A stretch of 64,000 bases of DNA, taken from contig CAVYSE010000007.1 of assembly GCA_963771075.1 (NCBI GenBank), positions 1-64,000 of the forward strand, given 5' to 3'. A program made the position numbers and the translations under genes. The stretch comes from a candidate division FCPU426 bacterium. Lineage in GTDB: Bacteria > Oederibacteriota > Muellerivitia > Muellerivitales > Muellerivitaceae. Positions 1 to 9,743 of the stretch are shown piece after piece (the first letter of the stretch is position 1; each line of letters starts with the position of its first letter). Below the pieces are notes generated by a model, which saw nothing but the letters and a program-made list of their open reading frames with translations, had not been told where the DNA came from and did not search any database.

Positions 1-208
1 ATTTCCCAAGGGCCGTGTGGAGGCCACCACAGATTTCCCTCAAGGAATGGGCGGCTCCCATCTGGCAGAAAAGCATGGAAACAAACTGATTCCAGCAACT
101 GAAACCTTTGGCGTGTTTTTCGGCTTCAAACTCCCGAACAATTCGTTCAAAAGCCGTGCGATCCACAAGTTTCAACACTTGGGCAAAAAGACTGGTTGGT
201 GGTACCAT
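1..208 (-). CDS. IS4-family transposase with DUF4372 N-terminus (5' part; runs off the window)
   Basis: Not in the ORF track. Minus-strand translation from ATG at 208 (GGAGG RBS upstream): MVPPTSLFAQVLKLVDRTAFERIVREFEAEKHAKGFSCWNQFVSMLFCQMGAAHSLREICGGL, the typical DUF4372 pattern of IS4 transposases. Confidence 0.88.
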   Translation of the reverse strand, partial: MVPPTSLFAQVLKLVDRTAFERIVREFEAEKHAKGFSCWNQFVSMLFCQMGAAHSLREICGGLHTALGK

Positions 209-334
209 CGAAATACGCCTCCGGATGTTTGAAGTAGCGACGGCTGGTAACCGTCGCTTTGGGCTTGTCGACTAACCCAATTCTACTTCAGTCGGAGGTG
301 TTCTTTTTTTAGTCCTTTATTTAGGACAAGAGTG
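1..334 (-). mobile_element. Left end of an IS4-family insertion sequence; probable terminal IR at ~315-334
   Basis: Transposase start at 208. The minus strand begins CACTCTTGTCCTAAATAAAGG at 334, resembling CACT..GTCC IS4 termini. Host-like coding sequence resumes right after 334. Confidence 0.7.
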
Positions 335-335
335 G

Positions 336-2482
336 CCCGGGCCATTTCATTACGGTTTAAGCGCACAAGACAATTATTTTGTTCTTTACGTCTTAGGGTG
401 GACTTTTTTTCCACCCATGGGTGTTCTGTTCGCCTATTCATTGGATTTTCTTTGCCGAAAAATTGAAGCTTCAATAGAGGTTTTTTATCCGTGCGTCATT
501 TTCTTGAACTTTGTACTTTCTTTGATGGTTCTCCATCCCGGTCTGTGGAATTCCAGCTTAATGGATCTTCTGGCCGATTTTTCTGTTTTTCAAGTTTGTG
601 CCTTCGGAATCGCGAAAATCATGAAAGGAAAAGAAGTTTTTTGGGTGAGAATTAAAGAAAAAAAGATTCTCTTTTGGTTGATGGTGTCAGTATTCCTGGC
701 TTGGATACTAAGCCTTCCGTTGAACTGGCGGCAAGTAATGCCGCCTCAAACTGCGTCAGGTTGGGTATTTTATGCCGGAATTTATTGGTTGTTTTATTTC
801 GTGACCAACCGGTACTCGGTCATCCCACCCCCTTCTGCGCCAAACTCGGAAACTTCAATTTGGAAAACAGGGAAGGGATTAGCTCTATATGGATTGATTT
901 TTCTCTTAATTTTTTGTTTAGTCATCGACCCGAAATTTGGAATGGATCGAGCGAATGTTTCCTTCTATTTAGGCCCCTTGGCGGACCTGGCCAAGGGAAA
1001 ATCACTTTTGGTAAACATAAATTCACAATATGGCATTTTGGTATTTTATTTTTTAAGCTTCTTTTTCAATCTTATGCCGTTGGGTTATACGTCGTTCACC
1101 CTTTTCGGCGAGCTTTTGATTGTTTTCCAGTTCCTTATTATTTATTTTATTGTCAGAAAATTATTCCAAATTGAAATTTATTCCTTTTTATGTTTAATCA
1201 TGCTCATTCTGATCAATTTCTGTTTAACCAAGGTCAATTTCCCGGATTATTATCCTTCCGTTGGCCCCCTGAGATTCGGTTTCATATATCTTTTGATGGC
1301 GCTGGTGGTGTTGCGGAATCGGAATTCTATTTGGGAAAAAAGAATATTAATTTTGGAATCCGGGCTGGTTGCATCCGCGTTTTTTTGGAGTTTCGAAGTT
1401 TGTATTTATACTGTTCCAGCTTATTTGGCTTTAACCGCCTATGAATCGATCCTATTTCAAGGAGGAAGAATTAATCTGAATGTGTCCCGCTTGGGTTCGT
1501 GTTTGGTTTTGGTCCTGGAGTGGATGTGTCTTATAGGCTTCTTCCTATATGTGGATATATGGCGGAGGTCCCATGAGTGGCCCCATTGGTCCTATTATTT
1601 TGATTACCTAAAAACATATAGGGAAGGGTTGTCCATGCTGCCGATGCCAGGATTAGGCGCTTGGTGGATGATTATAGGTGTCCTGTATTTTTCAGCTTTT
1701 ATGATCCTTGGCTTTTTTTTTAGCCAGGGAAAAAAACACCAACCGAAAGACTTAAATGTTATTGCGCTATTAAATTTCTATGGAATCACCCAGTTCCTTT
1801 ATTACCTGTACCGTTCCCATCCAAATAACCTGCTTCATATTTCAATGCCTGCCCTGTTGATTGTTTTTTACTGGTTTCACTACCTGCGCGGTTGGATTCG
1901 GTCTTTCGTCCCGGCCGGAATTCGATTCGGTTTCTTTATGCTCGTCATCCTATTAGGGGAGGAGCTCTTTCCAAGGTCCTAGATCTTCAGGCGGCCAATC
2001 TTCGTGAGGGGGCGCTTTCGATTTCGGATTATGGAAAAAGGATACTGGCGGCGGCCCATGATCTTCCGCGGGAGGATGCGTTCGCACTCTGCGCGGATCG
2101 CCTGATGCAAAAATATTCCGGGAATCAAAAGCCGTTAGTATATTTTTTCGGCGAAAAAGATTTGGATATTTCCTTATACACAAAAAGGTTCGAGATTTAT
2201 CCCTATAACGATATCATTCAAGCGGGGGGGATTCCTGTCCCGAAACTTGATTCTCGAATTCTTAATTATGACACAAAATTGAAAACCGGCGATTTCATCT
2301 ATGTATCTGAAGATTTTAATCAGGTTTACTACGCTTATGACTATCGCGGGGAAGTACGGAATATCAGGGTTGACCTTGAACAAAAACTATTGTTAGAACT
2401 AACTTTACATTTTGATTTCAAGTTGATGGAAATAAAAGATGGTATTGCTGTTTATCGGTTGACGAGTAAGAGCGAGCGTTAA
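336..2482 (+). pseudogene. Multi-pass membrane protein (possibly GT-C glycosyltransferase-like), apparently interrupted at the 5' end by the IS and frameshifted near 1956
   Basis: ORF 417-1982 has many TM segments and its frame stays open upstream to the IS end (PGPFHYGLSAQDNYFVLYVLGWTFFPPMG). ORF 1892-2482 continues after the GGGG run at 1956-1959 (LLG|GGALSKVLD). Confidence 0.6.
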
Positions 2483-2527
2483 GTCCATTATGCGGCAATA
2501 TGGGTTCAGGCTGGACTTCCCTCGAAA

Positions 2528-2712
2528 AATGAACACCGGAAGATCGTCCTGGATGTCTCGATCCGGGGGACGTTTTAAGCCAATTGGCTGAAAACCTCGA
2601 GCAACATCAGGCCGTTTACCCTGCCTGGGTCTTGATGAACAACCATTACCATCTACTACTTGAAATTCCGGCCCCTAATCTTTCTCTAACCATGAAACAT
2701 GTTAATGGATTC
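2528..2712 (+). pseudogene. REP-associated tyrosine transposase (RAYT/Y1, IS200-like) remnant, HUH region
   Basis: AWVLMNNHYHLLLEIPAPNLSLTMKHVNG matches the Y1 transposase MxNHxHLL..P..NLS..M motif. Truncated on both sides. Confidence 0.75.
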
Positions 2713-2830
2713 TTCTGCCCCGAAATAAGGATGGGGAAGGGGTACAATGGTTTGGACTTCTACCTGCATAACCGATTGGGAAAGTCTTTGATGGTGAAGC
2801 GTCTTTCGCAGAAACTCAAAGGAGCCACAC

Positions 2831-3040
2831 ATGAGAAACCTTGAATTGAACCACCGGGTGGGAAACTTAAAAACCAATAAGGTCGGGTTAATCGCGTCGA
2901 CCATGTTTAAAGCCAACAGCGGTGATTTTACCGGTTTCCTCGTTCTCACCGATAGTTACGGCTATGAGGTTTGGGATGATTCAGTCACCATTCCCATACC
3001 TGCCGATGCGGTGCCAGCCGCTGTTCCGCCCCCCGTTTAA
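2831..3040 (+). CDS. Small hypothetical protein (69 aa)
   Basis: GGAG RBS 7 nt before ATG; no family recognised. Confidence 0.45.
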   Translation: MRNLELNHRVGNLKTNKVGLIASTMFKANSGDFTGFLVLTDSYGYEVWDDSVTIPIPADAVPAAVPPPV

Positions 3041-3124
3041 AACTTTCTCAACATAGTTTTGGCGTCAGCATGAATGACACCTTCTCCTGCATGGGGAGAA
3101 GGAGAAAACAGCATTAATTTTTTA

Positions 3125-3387
3125 GGCTCTTTCACGAATTTGCAGATAACCCTTATCGCCAAGGCAGGTACCCCCCCCTTTGAAAAAGGGGGGCCAGGGG
3201 GGTATTAGCCTTTTTGAAATTGGCCATCAGGGGAATTTTTTTCCAAAAAATCAGGATAAAAACTAACTTCCCCCTCCCCCTCTCTTTCAGAGGGGGGAGA
3301 AAGCGGTTCGCCTTACTAGCCTTATTGGCCACGTTTAGGCGCCCCAAGGTAATTCTGGGCAACTATTTACAAGTTCAGGAAAGAGCC
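3125..3387. mobile_element. MITE-like element with imperfect 24-bp terminal IRs enclosing two GC-rich REP-like hairpins
   Basis: Left end GGCTCTTTCACGAATTTGCAGATA; right end reverse complement GGCTCTTTCCTGAACTTGTAAATA. Internal hairpins CCCCCCTTTGAAAAAGGGGGG and CCCCCTCTCTTTCAGAGGGGGG. Confidence 0.6.
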
Positions 3388-3401
3388 ATTTTTTATACCG
3401 A

Positions 3402-3479
3402 TATGAAGATGCGGTATTCCATGTGACCTCTCGGGGAAACAAACACCGGAAGATCGTTTTGGATGACACGGACCGGCGG
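3402..3479 (+). pseudogene. RAYT N-terminal remnant
   Basis: YEDAVFHVTSRGNKHRKIVLDDTDRR matches the RAYT YHVTSRGN...IFxDDxDR motif. Shares AACACCGGAAGATCGT..TGGATG with ~2532-2556. Confidence 0.7.
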
Positions 3480-3801
3480 ATGGGAAGGCTGGACGAGCCA
3501 GCCTTTTGAATCAAGATCCTCAACGCTGCAAATCCAACCCATGGAATAACTTCGTCCTCGTGCGGGGGGCCAAGATCGCCCCTCTTCATCCGGTGGAAGG
3601 AAAATGGAATGGGGGAATGGGCCATTTAAATAGGGCCTACCGGACGCCAACCGCTTTTGAAGTTAAGCCAAGGACCGAACCAGCGGTCAAGATTGGGGAT
3701 GAAGGGAACAAACATTTTCCTTGGCCCAAGAGAGTTTCCTGTTACACTGTGGGCGCAAAAAGGGGCCCAGGCCCTGCTCAAATTGAATCGGAGGATTAGG
3801 A

Positions 3802-3906
3802 ATGCCTTGTGGTAAGAAACGGCACCGCGCCAAAATTAAGACCCATAAACGTAAGAAACACCGCCGCAAGATGCGGGCCTTGCTGCGCCGGCAAGGCAGA
3901 CTGTAA
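3802..3906 (+). CDS. 30S ribosomal protein bS22 (AURKAIP1/COX24/DUF1713-like small basic protein)
   Basis: Below the ORF-track cutoff. GGAGG RBS; MPCGKKRHRAKIKTHKRKKHRRKMRALLRRQGRL matches the MPxGKKRKRxKxxTHKRKK pattern. Confidence 0.85.
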   Translation: MPCGKKRHRAKIKTHKRKKHRRKMRALLRRQGRL

Positions 3907-3918
3907 AATCTTTCCTGC

Positions 3919-6069
3919 TTGGTTCTAAAACCTAAAAATTTACGTTTAATCAACGGACTTGTTTATATCCTGCTGGCTGCGGTCTTTTTGATCGCGGCTA
4001 GCGGAATATGTGTCCGTCCCCCGTCGGATATCCCGCCTTTTTGGCTGCTTCTTTCCTGGCTTTTGTCTTTTTTAATGATTTTTCTTCTTTTGAAATTAAG
4101 GCTTCTCGGAAACCAGCATGCCCATGCCTTGACCTGGGTTTTGGCCGTCACGCTTCTTTTGGCGATATTGACCCAATCGACCGGTGGGGACCGATCGCCA
4201 TTGGTTTTCACCCTCTTCCTGCTCATGGGGGTGGCGGCATGGGAAGGAAAGAGTGTTTATCCATTTTTGATCGCCGCAATCATCTGCTTAAGCGAAGGCT
4301 TAGCCCTTCGCCATTCCCTCGCCTTTGAGGACCTTTCCCTTTATTTGAAATGGTTATCGTTTTTTATCACCGCATTTTTCCTGGCCAAAATCGTTCGGGT
4401 GCGTTACGAAAAGGAAAAATTAGACCAAAAACTCACGGACTTAAAAAACGAAGCGGATCACTTGGCGGCGAACGCGGAGCCGGGATCTTTTGAGACTCCT
4501 TCCAACCAATCCCTGGCCGAGGAAAGCCGCTTGAGCGCCAGGGTGGGATCGGTGATGGATTTAGAGCAATCCCTGGGGCGCCAGCTTTCATTGTTCCGCA
4601 TGGAAAGCGGGGTTCAAACGGCGGCTTGTTTTCTCTTAACCATGCTGGAAGAGAAAGAAATCCTCCGCCTCAGGGCCTATTCCACTTCGGCCCCGGATTT
4701 GGCCGCGGACCTGACCTTGGTACCGGGTGAAACCTTGGTGGGGTTGGCCGCGAAGGAAAGAAGAAAGGTGCTTTTAAACCAAGTGCCCCCGGATAGCGCG
4801 CGGGCCTTGCCTTATTACCTAAAACCCCAATCCGTGGGTTCCTTACTGTCCCTGCCCCTATTTTTGAAACCCGATCTGGAAACGGGCAAAAGCGCCGGCG
4901 ATGGGGAACTGATCGGCGTTTTGGTATTGGACCATCCCGCGCAACATTTTTTTAATGAGGAACGACTACGGTCCATCGAACTGTTGGGCCGCCTTTTGGC
5001 CGACATGGTGCAAAATCACCGGACGCTTCACTTCTCCAAAACCAAAACGGAAAACCTGCATACCCTTTACGAGGTTTCCAGGATTTTTTCGACTTCCGTG
5101 GATTTGGATCCCACCTTGGAAGCGACCGTCCATAAGGCGGCCCAAATCGCCGCCTGCGACGTGGCCTATATCGCGCTACGGGAGGGGGAGACCAGCCAAT
5201 TTAAAATCGTGAGCCACCTCGCGCCCAATCGGGGCGGCCTCAAGCCGGCCGAACTCGAGGAGGAATTGGCCGAGTGGATGTGCAAGAATAAAAAACCCAT
5301 TCGATACTATCGGGGTCAAAGGGAGAAATGGTTTCCCGCCTTTGACCGGCATGAGGGAATCCTGGGTTCCGTTCAATCCTTCCTCATGCTTCCCCTCATG
5401 GTCGAGGGGCGATTGTTGGGGGTTTTGCGGCTGAACAACCAAAAACCAAAAATCTACAGCGAATATGAGCAGGATGTACTGGAGACGCTCGCCAATCAAA
5501 CGGCTTTGGTTTTGGATAAAGTGAACAAGGTTCAAGTGATCAAGAACCTGGCGGTCAGGGATGGGCTGACGGGCCTCTACAACCACCGGTATTTTCAAGA
5601 TAAGCTTTCGGAGGAGTTGGCCAAAGCGGACCGGTATAAAAAAGACTTGAGCCTGATTTTGACGGATGTCGACCATTTCAAGAAATTCAATGATACCTAT
5701 GGCCACCAGGAAGGGGACAAGGTCTTGATGGGAGTAAGCCAGGTATTACAGGAAACGGTCCGGGCGAAGGTGGATACGGTCGCCCGCTATGGCGGGGAGG
5801 AATTCGCGGTCATACTTCCTGAAACCGACGGCAATGCGGCTTATGATTTGGGGGAAAGAATCCGTAAAAGTATTGAAAGCCGCCTATTTGAATATGAGGG
5901 AAAGAAGATCTACAGGGTGACCCTTTCGCTGGGCCTTTCCAGCTACCCTTTTGACGCGATCGAAAAACGGCTGTTAATCCAATATGCCGATCAAGCGTTA
6001 TATGACGCGAAAAAAAATGGCCGGAATTGCGTTAAAAAATACCGGCCTGGAATAACCCCGGAAAGTTGA
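3919..6069 (+). CDS. Membrane-bound sensor diguanylate cyclase (TM + two GAF-like domains + GGDEF)
   Basis: N-terminal TM helices, two GAF-like regions, RDGLTGLYN, DVDHFKKFNDTYGHQEGD and ARYGGEEF motifs. Confidence 0.93.
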   Translation: MVLKPKNLRLINGLVYILLAAVFLIAASGICVRPPSDIPPFWLLLSWLLSFLMIFLLLKLRLLGNQHAHALTWVLAVTLLLAILTQSTGGDRSPLVFTLFLLMGVAAWEGKSVYPFLIAAIICLSEGLALRHSLAFEDLSLYLKWLSFFITAFFLAKIVRVRYEKEKLDQKLTDLKNEADHLAANAEPGSFETPSNQSLAEESRLSARVGSVMDLEQSLGRQLSLFRMESGVQTAACFLLTMLEEKEILRLRAYSTSAPDLAADLTLVPGETLVGLAAKERRKVLLNQVPPDSARALPYYLKPQSVGSLLSLPLFLKPDLETGKSAGDGELIGVLVLDHPAQHFFNEERLRSIELLGRLLADMVQNHRTLHFSKTKTENLHTLYEVSRIFSTSVDLDPTLEATVHKAAQIAACDVAYIALREGETSQFKIVSHLAPNRGGLKPAELEEELAEWMCKNKKPIRYYRGQREKWFPAFDRHEGILGSVQSFLMLPLMVEGRLLGVLRLNNQKPKIYSEYEQDVLETLANQTALVLDKVNKVQVIKNLAVRDGLTGLYNHRYFQDKLSEELAKADRYKKDLSLILTDVDHFKKFNDTYGHQEGDKVLMGVSQVLQETVRAKVDTVARYGGEEFAVILPETDGNAAYDLGERIRKSIESRLFEYEGKKIYRVTLSLGLSSYPFDAIEKRLLIQYADQALYDAKKNGRNCVKKYRPGITPES

Positions 6070-6246
6070 ACGAACCCCATATCTGGTAGGTGTTGAGGAT
6101 GTTCCACTAAAAAAAGTATTCGCCGGAATTAAATATGGAGTGACATTCCTTTAGTCCTTTTTTCCCTTGGCCCCTTTGGCAAACTCCTTAAAATGGGCCT
6201 GTCAGCGGGATGAGCCGTTCGCTATCAACCTGAACAAGGTTTCGAA

Positions 6247-6534
6247 ATGATCCTTTCCATCCGTGAAATCGCCGCCAAACTTGGAGTTCACGAGCAAACC
6301 CTTCGGCATTGGGAGAAGTCGGGTTTGCTTAAGGTTTCACGTTTGGGAACGAATCGGACGAGGGTTTACAAAGAGGAAGACCTGGACTTGTGCCGCAAAA
6401 TAGCCAGTTTCTCCGGTCAAGGAATCAACTTAAGAGGGATTAAAGCTTTGTTGACCATCGAAAAAAACGGAGAAGGTGAACGGGATAAATTGCCGACAAC
6501 GAATAGACGAGCGAAGAAAAAAGTTTTAGGTTGA
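6247..6534 (+). CDS. MerR-family (HspR/BldC-like) transcriptional regulator
   Basis: SIREIAAKLGVHEQTLRHWEKSGLL..R...RVY..EDL..G.NL.GIK MerR HTH signature. Confidence 0.9.
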   Translation: MILSIREIAAKLGVHEQTLRHWEKSGLLKVSRLGTNRTRVYKEEDLDLCRKIASFSGQGINLRGIKALLTIEKNGEGERDKLPTTNRRAKKKVLG

Positions 6535-6600
6535 AATCAAGATAAATTTTTCGAGGCAAGGAAAAACGTGGTAAATGCAGGGTTTTAAACTGATTCTTTC

Positions 6601-6628
6601 TTGACAGTGTTAAAACCTTTGTCATAAT
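6601..6628 (+). promoter_or_regulatory. sigma70-type promoter of the flgB operon
   Basis: TTGACA-N16-CATAAT about 120 bp upstream of flgB, overlapping a TGACA-N13-TGTCA dyad. Confidence 0.65.
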
Positions 6629-6748
6629 GGCATTAATTTTTCGGCGATGACGAAATTTAGACGACTTTTTTCCCGCTCGAAGTTGATGAACGTTGCAAAC
6701 AGGTAAAATAGATTTTTACCCAATATTTTTTTGGAATAAAGCCGAGGA

Positions 6749-7177
6749 GTGCGCGTGATTAATCCAGTCAGTTTTCCAGATCCACTCATGGTCCTCCAAA
6801 AAAGCCTGGATTCTCTCTCGGTCCAACATCAAGTCATTTCAAATAATTTGGCGAATATCGATACACCCATGTTTAAGCGATCGGTGGTTTCTTTCCAGGA
6901 TAAGTTGCGAATAGCGCTCGATCCAAACCAAGCCTCCTCTCTCTGGCGGACCCATCCGATGCATTTCCCCTTGCCCCAATCGGTCTCGCTTAAGGATTTC
7001 CAACCGGATGTCACCAATATTTCAGATACGATTGGACGAAACGACGGAAATAATGTGGATCTTGAAATGGAATCCGGACTTTTGGCCGAGAACAATTTGC
7101 TTTATAACAGTTTGTCGGACGTGACGGGACGGTATATCGCGAATTTAAAACATGCCATTTCGGAAGGAAAACAATAA
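6749..7177 (+). CDS. flgB: Flagellar basal-body rod protein FlgB
   Basis: ISNNLANIDTP and RNDGNNVDLEME motifs; first gene of the cluster. Confidence 0.95.
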   Translation: MRVINPVSFPDPLMVLQKSLDSLSVQHQVISNNLANIDTPMFKRSVVSFQDKLRIALDPNQASSLWRTHPMHFPLPQSVSLKDFQPDVTNISDTIGRNDGNNVDLEMESGLLAENNLLYNSLSDVTGRYIANLKHAISEGKQ

Positions 7178-7180
7178 CCC

Positions 7181-7639
7181 ATGAGCGCCCTTTCTGGAGT
7201 TTTTGCGCCTTTCGCGATTAGCGCTTCGGCATTAACTGCGGAACGCCTTCGCATGGATGTGATTTCAAACAATATCGCGAACGCCAATACGACCCGTACC
7301 GTTCAGGGCGGCCCTTATATAAGGGAGCGTGTCGTGTTTGCGCCGAGGTTTGACCCCACGACCAGTTTTGCGCCCATGCTGGCTACCATGACGAGTGAAG
7401 GCCTGCCAGTGGGGGTTCGGGTGACCAGTATCCAAAAAGATCCTTCCCCGCCCAAAATGGTTTACGATCCCGGCCATCCGGATGCGAATGCGGAAGGTTA
7501 TGTGGCCTATCCCAATGTCAACACCGTGAATGAGATGGTGGACATGATTTCAGCGAGCCGGGCCTATGAAGCGAACATCACGGCCTTCAACGCAACCAAG
7601 TCCATGGCCTTATCCGCTTTAAGCATTGGTAAATCCTAA
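7181..7639 (+). CDS. flgC: Flagellar basal-body rod protein FlgC
   Basis: RMDVISNNIANANTTR, YDPGHPDA..GYV.YPNVN, EMVDMISASRAYEAN. Confidence 0.97.
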   Translation: MSALSGVFAPFAISASALTAERLRMDVISNNIANANTTRTVQGGPYIRERVVFAPRFDPTTSFAPMLATMTSEGLPVGVRVTSIQKDPSPPKMVYDPGHPDANAEGYVAYPNVNTVNEMVDMISASRAYEANITAFNATKSMALSALSIGKS

Positions 7640-7695
7640 AGTTTGATGAAGCTGTTCATGACGGATATCGTTTTTAAGGGAGTTTTTTAGCAACT

Positions 7696-8022
7696 ATGGA
7701 AATCCTACCCATTCAAATGCCAGTTTCCATGACACAGGGTGTTATTACGCCCATCCAAACCCTCTCGGTGGATACGGCTCAAAATTCAAAAGAAGTTTCG
7801 CCGGCCAATTTTAAAGATCTTTTACAAAGAGCTTTAACGGACTTGAACGCCAGCCAGGTTGGAGCAAACGATTCCATTAAAAACTTGGCCACGGGCGGGG
7901 AAGATAACCTTCACGATGTGATTATTTCGATGGAAAAAGCCAGCATGACGTTACAATATGCGATTCAAATTCGAAATAAGGTTTTAGAGGCTTACCAATC
8001 CGTGATTCAGATGCAGATTTAA
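7696..8022 (+). CDS. fliE: Flagellar hook-basal body protein FliE
   Basis: LHDVIISMEKA...QIRNKVLEAYQ.V.QMQI. Confidence 0.96.
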   Translation: MEILPIQMPVSMTQGVITPIQTLSVDTAQNSKEVSPANFKDLLQRALTDLNASQVGANDSIKNLATGGEDNLHDVIISMEKASMTLQYAIQIRNKVLEAYQSVIQMQI

Positions 8023-8085
8023 TCGTTTAGACGGGAAATTGATGGGAGCCCATTGACCTTGGGCACTTAACAAGACGAGGAAAAC

Positions 8086-9738
8086 TTGGACAATTTCATA
8101 CAAAAACTTGTTCAGCAATTCAAAGAGGTTTGGGGAAAACTGAACCTTTGGCAGCGTGGATTATTAATTGGTGTTCCCGCGATTTTATTCGTGGGTATGT
8201 TGCTCTTTATACTTTTGTCCTCCAAGGCTCGGTATGAAGTGCTTTATTCGCACCTGGAAGAAAAAGACGCGGCCGAGGTCGCGACGGAGCTTAAAAAAGA
8301 GAACATTCCCTACCGTGTTTCCTCGAAAGACAATTTTGTAATGGTTTTAGTGCCCTCCGAAAAAGTATATGACACCCGCCTGACCTTGGCTGGGCAGGGC
8401 CTCCCCCGTGGGAGCGGCGTCGGTTATGAAATTTTTGACCAGCCCAAGTGGGGAACGACGGATTTCACCCAAAAGGTTAACTATAAAAGAGCGCTTGAGG
8501 GTGAGCTGCAAAGAACCATCGGCAATTTGCAACAAATACAAACCGCTCGTGTCAGCATCGTCATACCCGAGCCTGAATTATTTACGGAAAAAGAAAAACC
8601 GACGACCGCCTCTGTCGTTTTGGACATGAAATCCGATGCGATCCTCAAAAAGGAACAAGTCCGGGGAATCGTCCATCTGGTCGCCGCAAGTGTCGAAGGT
8701 TTGAAACCTGAAAATGTCGAAGTGATTGATAGTAAAGGAAATATTCTTTCCGGGTTCATTCAAGAAGAAGCCGAAGACAACAACCAAGAAGCGGTGAACG
8801 GCGGCAGCAGCCTCACGCAACAAGCCAAATTGACCTTGCATGAGATGGAAGTTCGCCAAAACTTCGAGAAAGATTTAGAGCGCAAAGTCACCGCGATGTT
8901 GACGAAGGTGATGGGGGGGAATAACCGGATCGCGGTTTCTGTTTCAGCTGAGTTGAATTTTGATAAAACGGAAGCAGATTCCGAGGTTTTTGAACCGGTG
9001 GTGGACGGCCAGGGCATTGCCCGATCCACTCAAACGAAGAAGGAACAATATGTTGGCGATGGGGGCTTTCCCTCGAATGTAGTGGGTGGGGTGCCGGGCA
9101 CGGATACAAATATTCCGGGTTATCAAGCCATTTCCGGTTCTAATTCGCAATATTCGAAGGAAGAAAACACGACCAATTTCGAAATTAATCGAACGGTTAA
9201 GCACAACGTCATGGCTCCCGGATCACCCAAGCGCATTTCGATCGGCGTTTTTGTTGACAATCTTCAGCCTCAACAAGTAATGGCCATCAAGTCCGCGGTG
9301 GTAGCCGCTGCGGGGTTGGATTTAAACCGTGGTGATCAAGTGGATGTGGAAAACATGCCGTTTGACAACTCCCAAGAAGTGGCAAGTTTGAAGGAGACGC
9401 AGATGGAGACTCAGCAAAATTTTGTGATGACGCTCTTGAAGGTTGGTCTTTTGGTTTTAATGGCTTTTGGCGTGTTGCTTTTCCTTCGCTCGCTTTTGAA
9501 ACCAAAACGGGAAAAGAAATATGTGGAAGCCATGGACGATATCAGCGAGGAACCGGTGGTAGTCCCTCAAGTCGAAGACATTATTACCACGGATGTGACG
9601 GCTGAGGATTTGGCGAGGGCCGAATCGGCCCGTGAAGCTAAAAAACGTGAAGCGGTTCGCAAAGAAGTTTTCGAAATGGCTAATCAAAATCCGGAAAATG
9701 TCGCTCAAATAATAAAGAAATGGCTTTCTGAGGAGTAG
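8086..9738 (+). CDS. fliF: Flagellar MS-ring protein FliF
   Basis: Two TM segments, GYEIFD, RALEGELQRTI, LVAASVEGL, C-terminal NPENVAQIIKKWL. Confidence 0.97.
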   Translation: MDNFIQKLVQQFKEVWGKLNLWQRGLLIGVPAILFVGMLLFILLSSKARYEVLYSHLEEKDAAEVATELKKENIPYRVSSKDNFVMVLVPSEKVYDTRLTLAGQGLPRGSGVGYEIFDQPKWGTTDFTQKVNYKRALEGELQRTIGNLQQIQTARVSIVIPEPELFTEKEKPTTASVVLDMKSDAILKKEQVRGIVHLVAASVEGLKPENVEVIDSKGNILSGFIQEEAEDNNQEAVNGGSSLTQQAKLTLHEMEVRQNFEKDLERKVTAMLTKVMGGNNRIAVSVSAELNFDKTEADSEVFEPVVDGQGIARSTQTKKEQYVGDGGFPSNVVGGVPGTDTNIPGYQAISGSNSQYSKEENTTNFEINRTVKHNVMAPGSPKRISIGVFVDNLQPQQVMAIKSAVVAAAGLDLNRGDQVDVENMPFDNSQEVASLKETQMETQQNFVMTLLKVGLLVLMAFGVLLFLRSLLKPKREKKYVEAMDDISEEPVVVPQVEDIITTDVTAEDLARAESAREAKKREAVRKEVFEMANQNPENVAQIIKKWLSEE

Positions 9739-9743
9739 GGTTC

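Noticed and set aside
17..232. 71-aa plus-strand ORF
   Set aside because: It is the antisense shadow of the IS4 transposase on the minus strand.
6170..6245. GGCAAAC-containing leader as a possible c-di-GMP-I riboswitch
   Set aside because: I could not find the GNRA-capped P2 stem or the downstream GACGCAAA/P3 elements.
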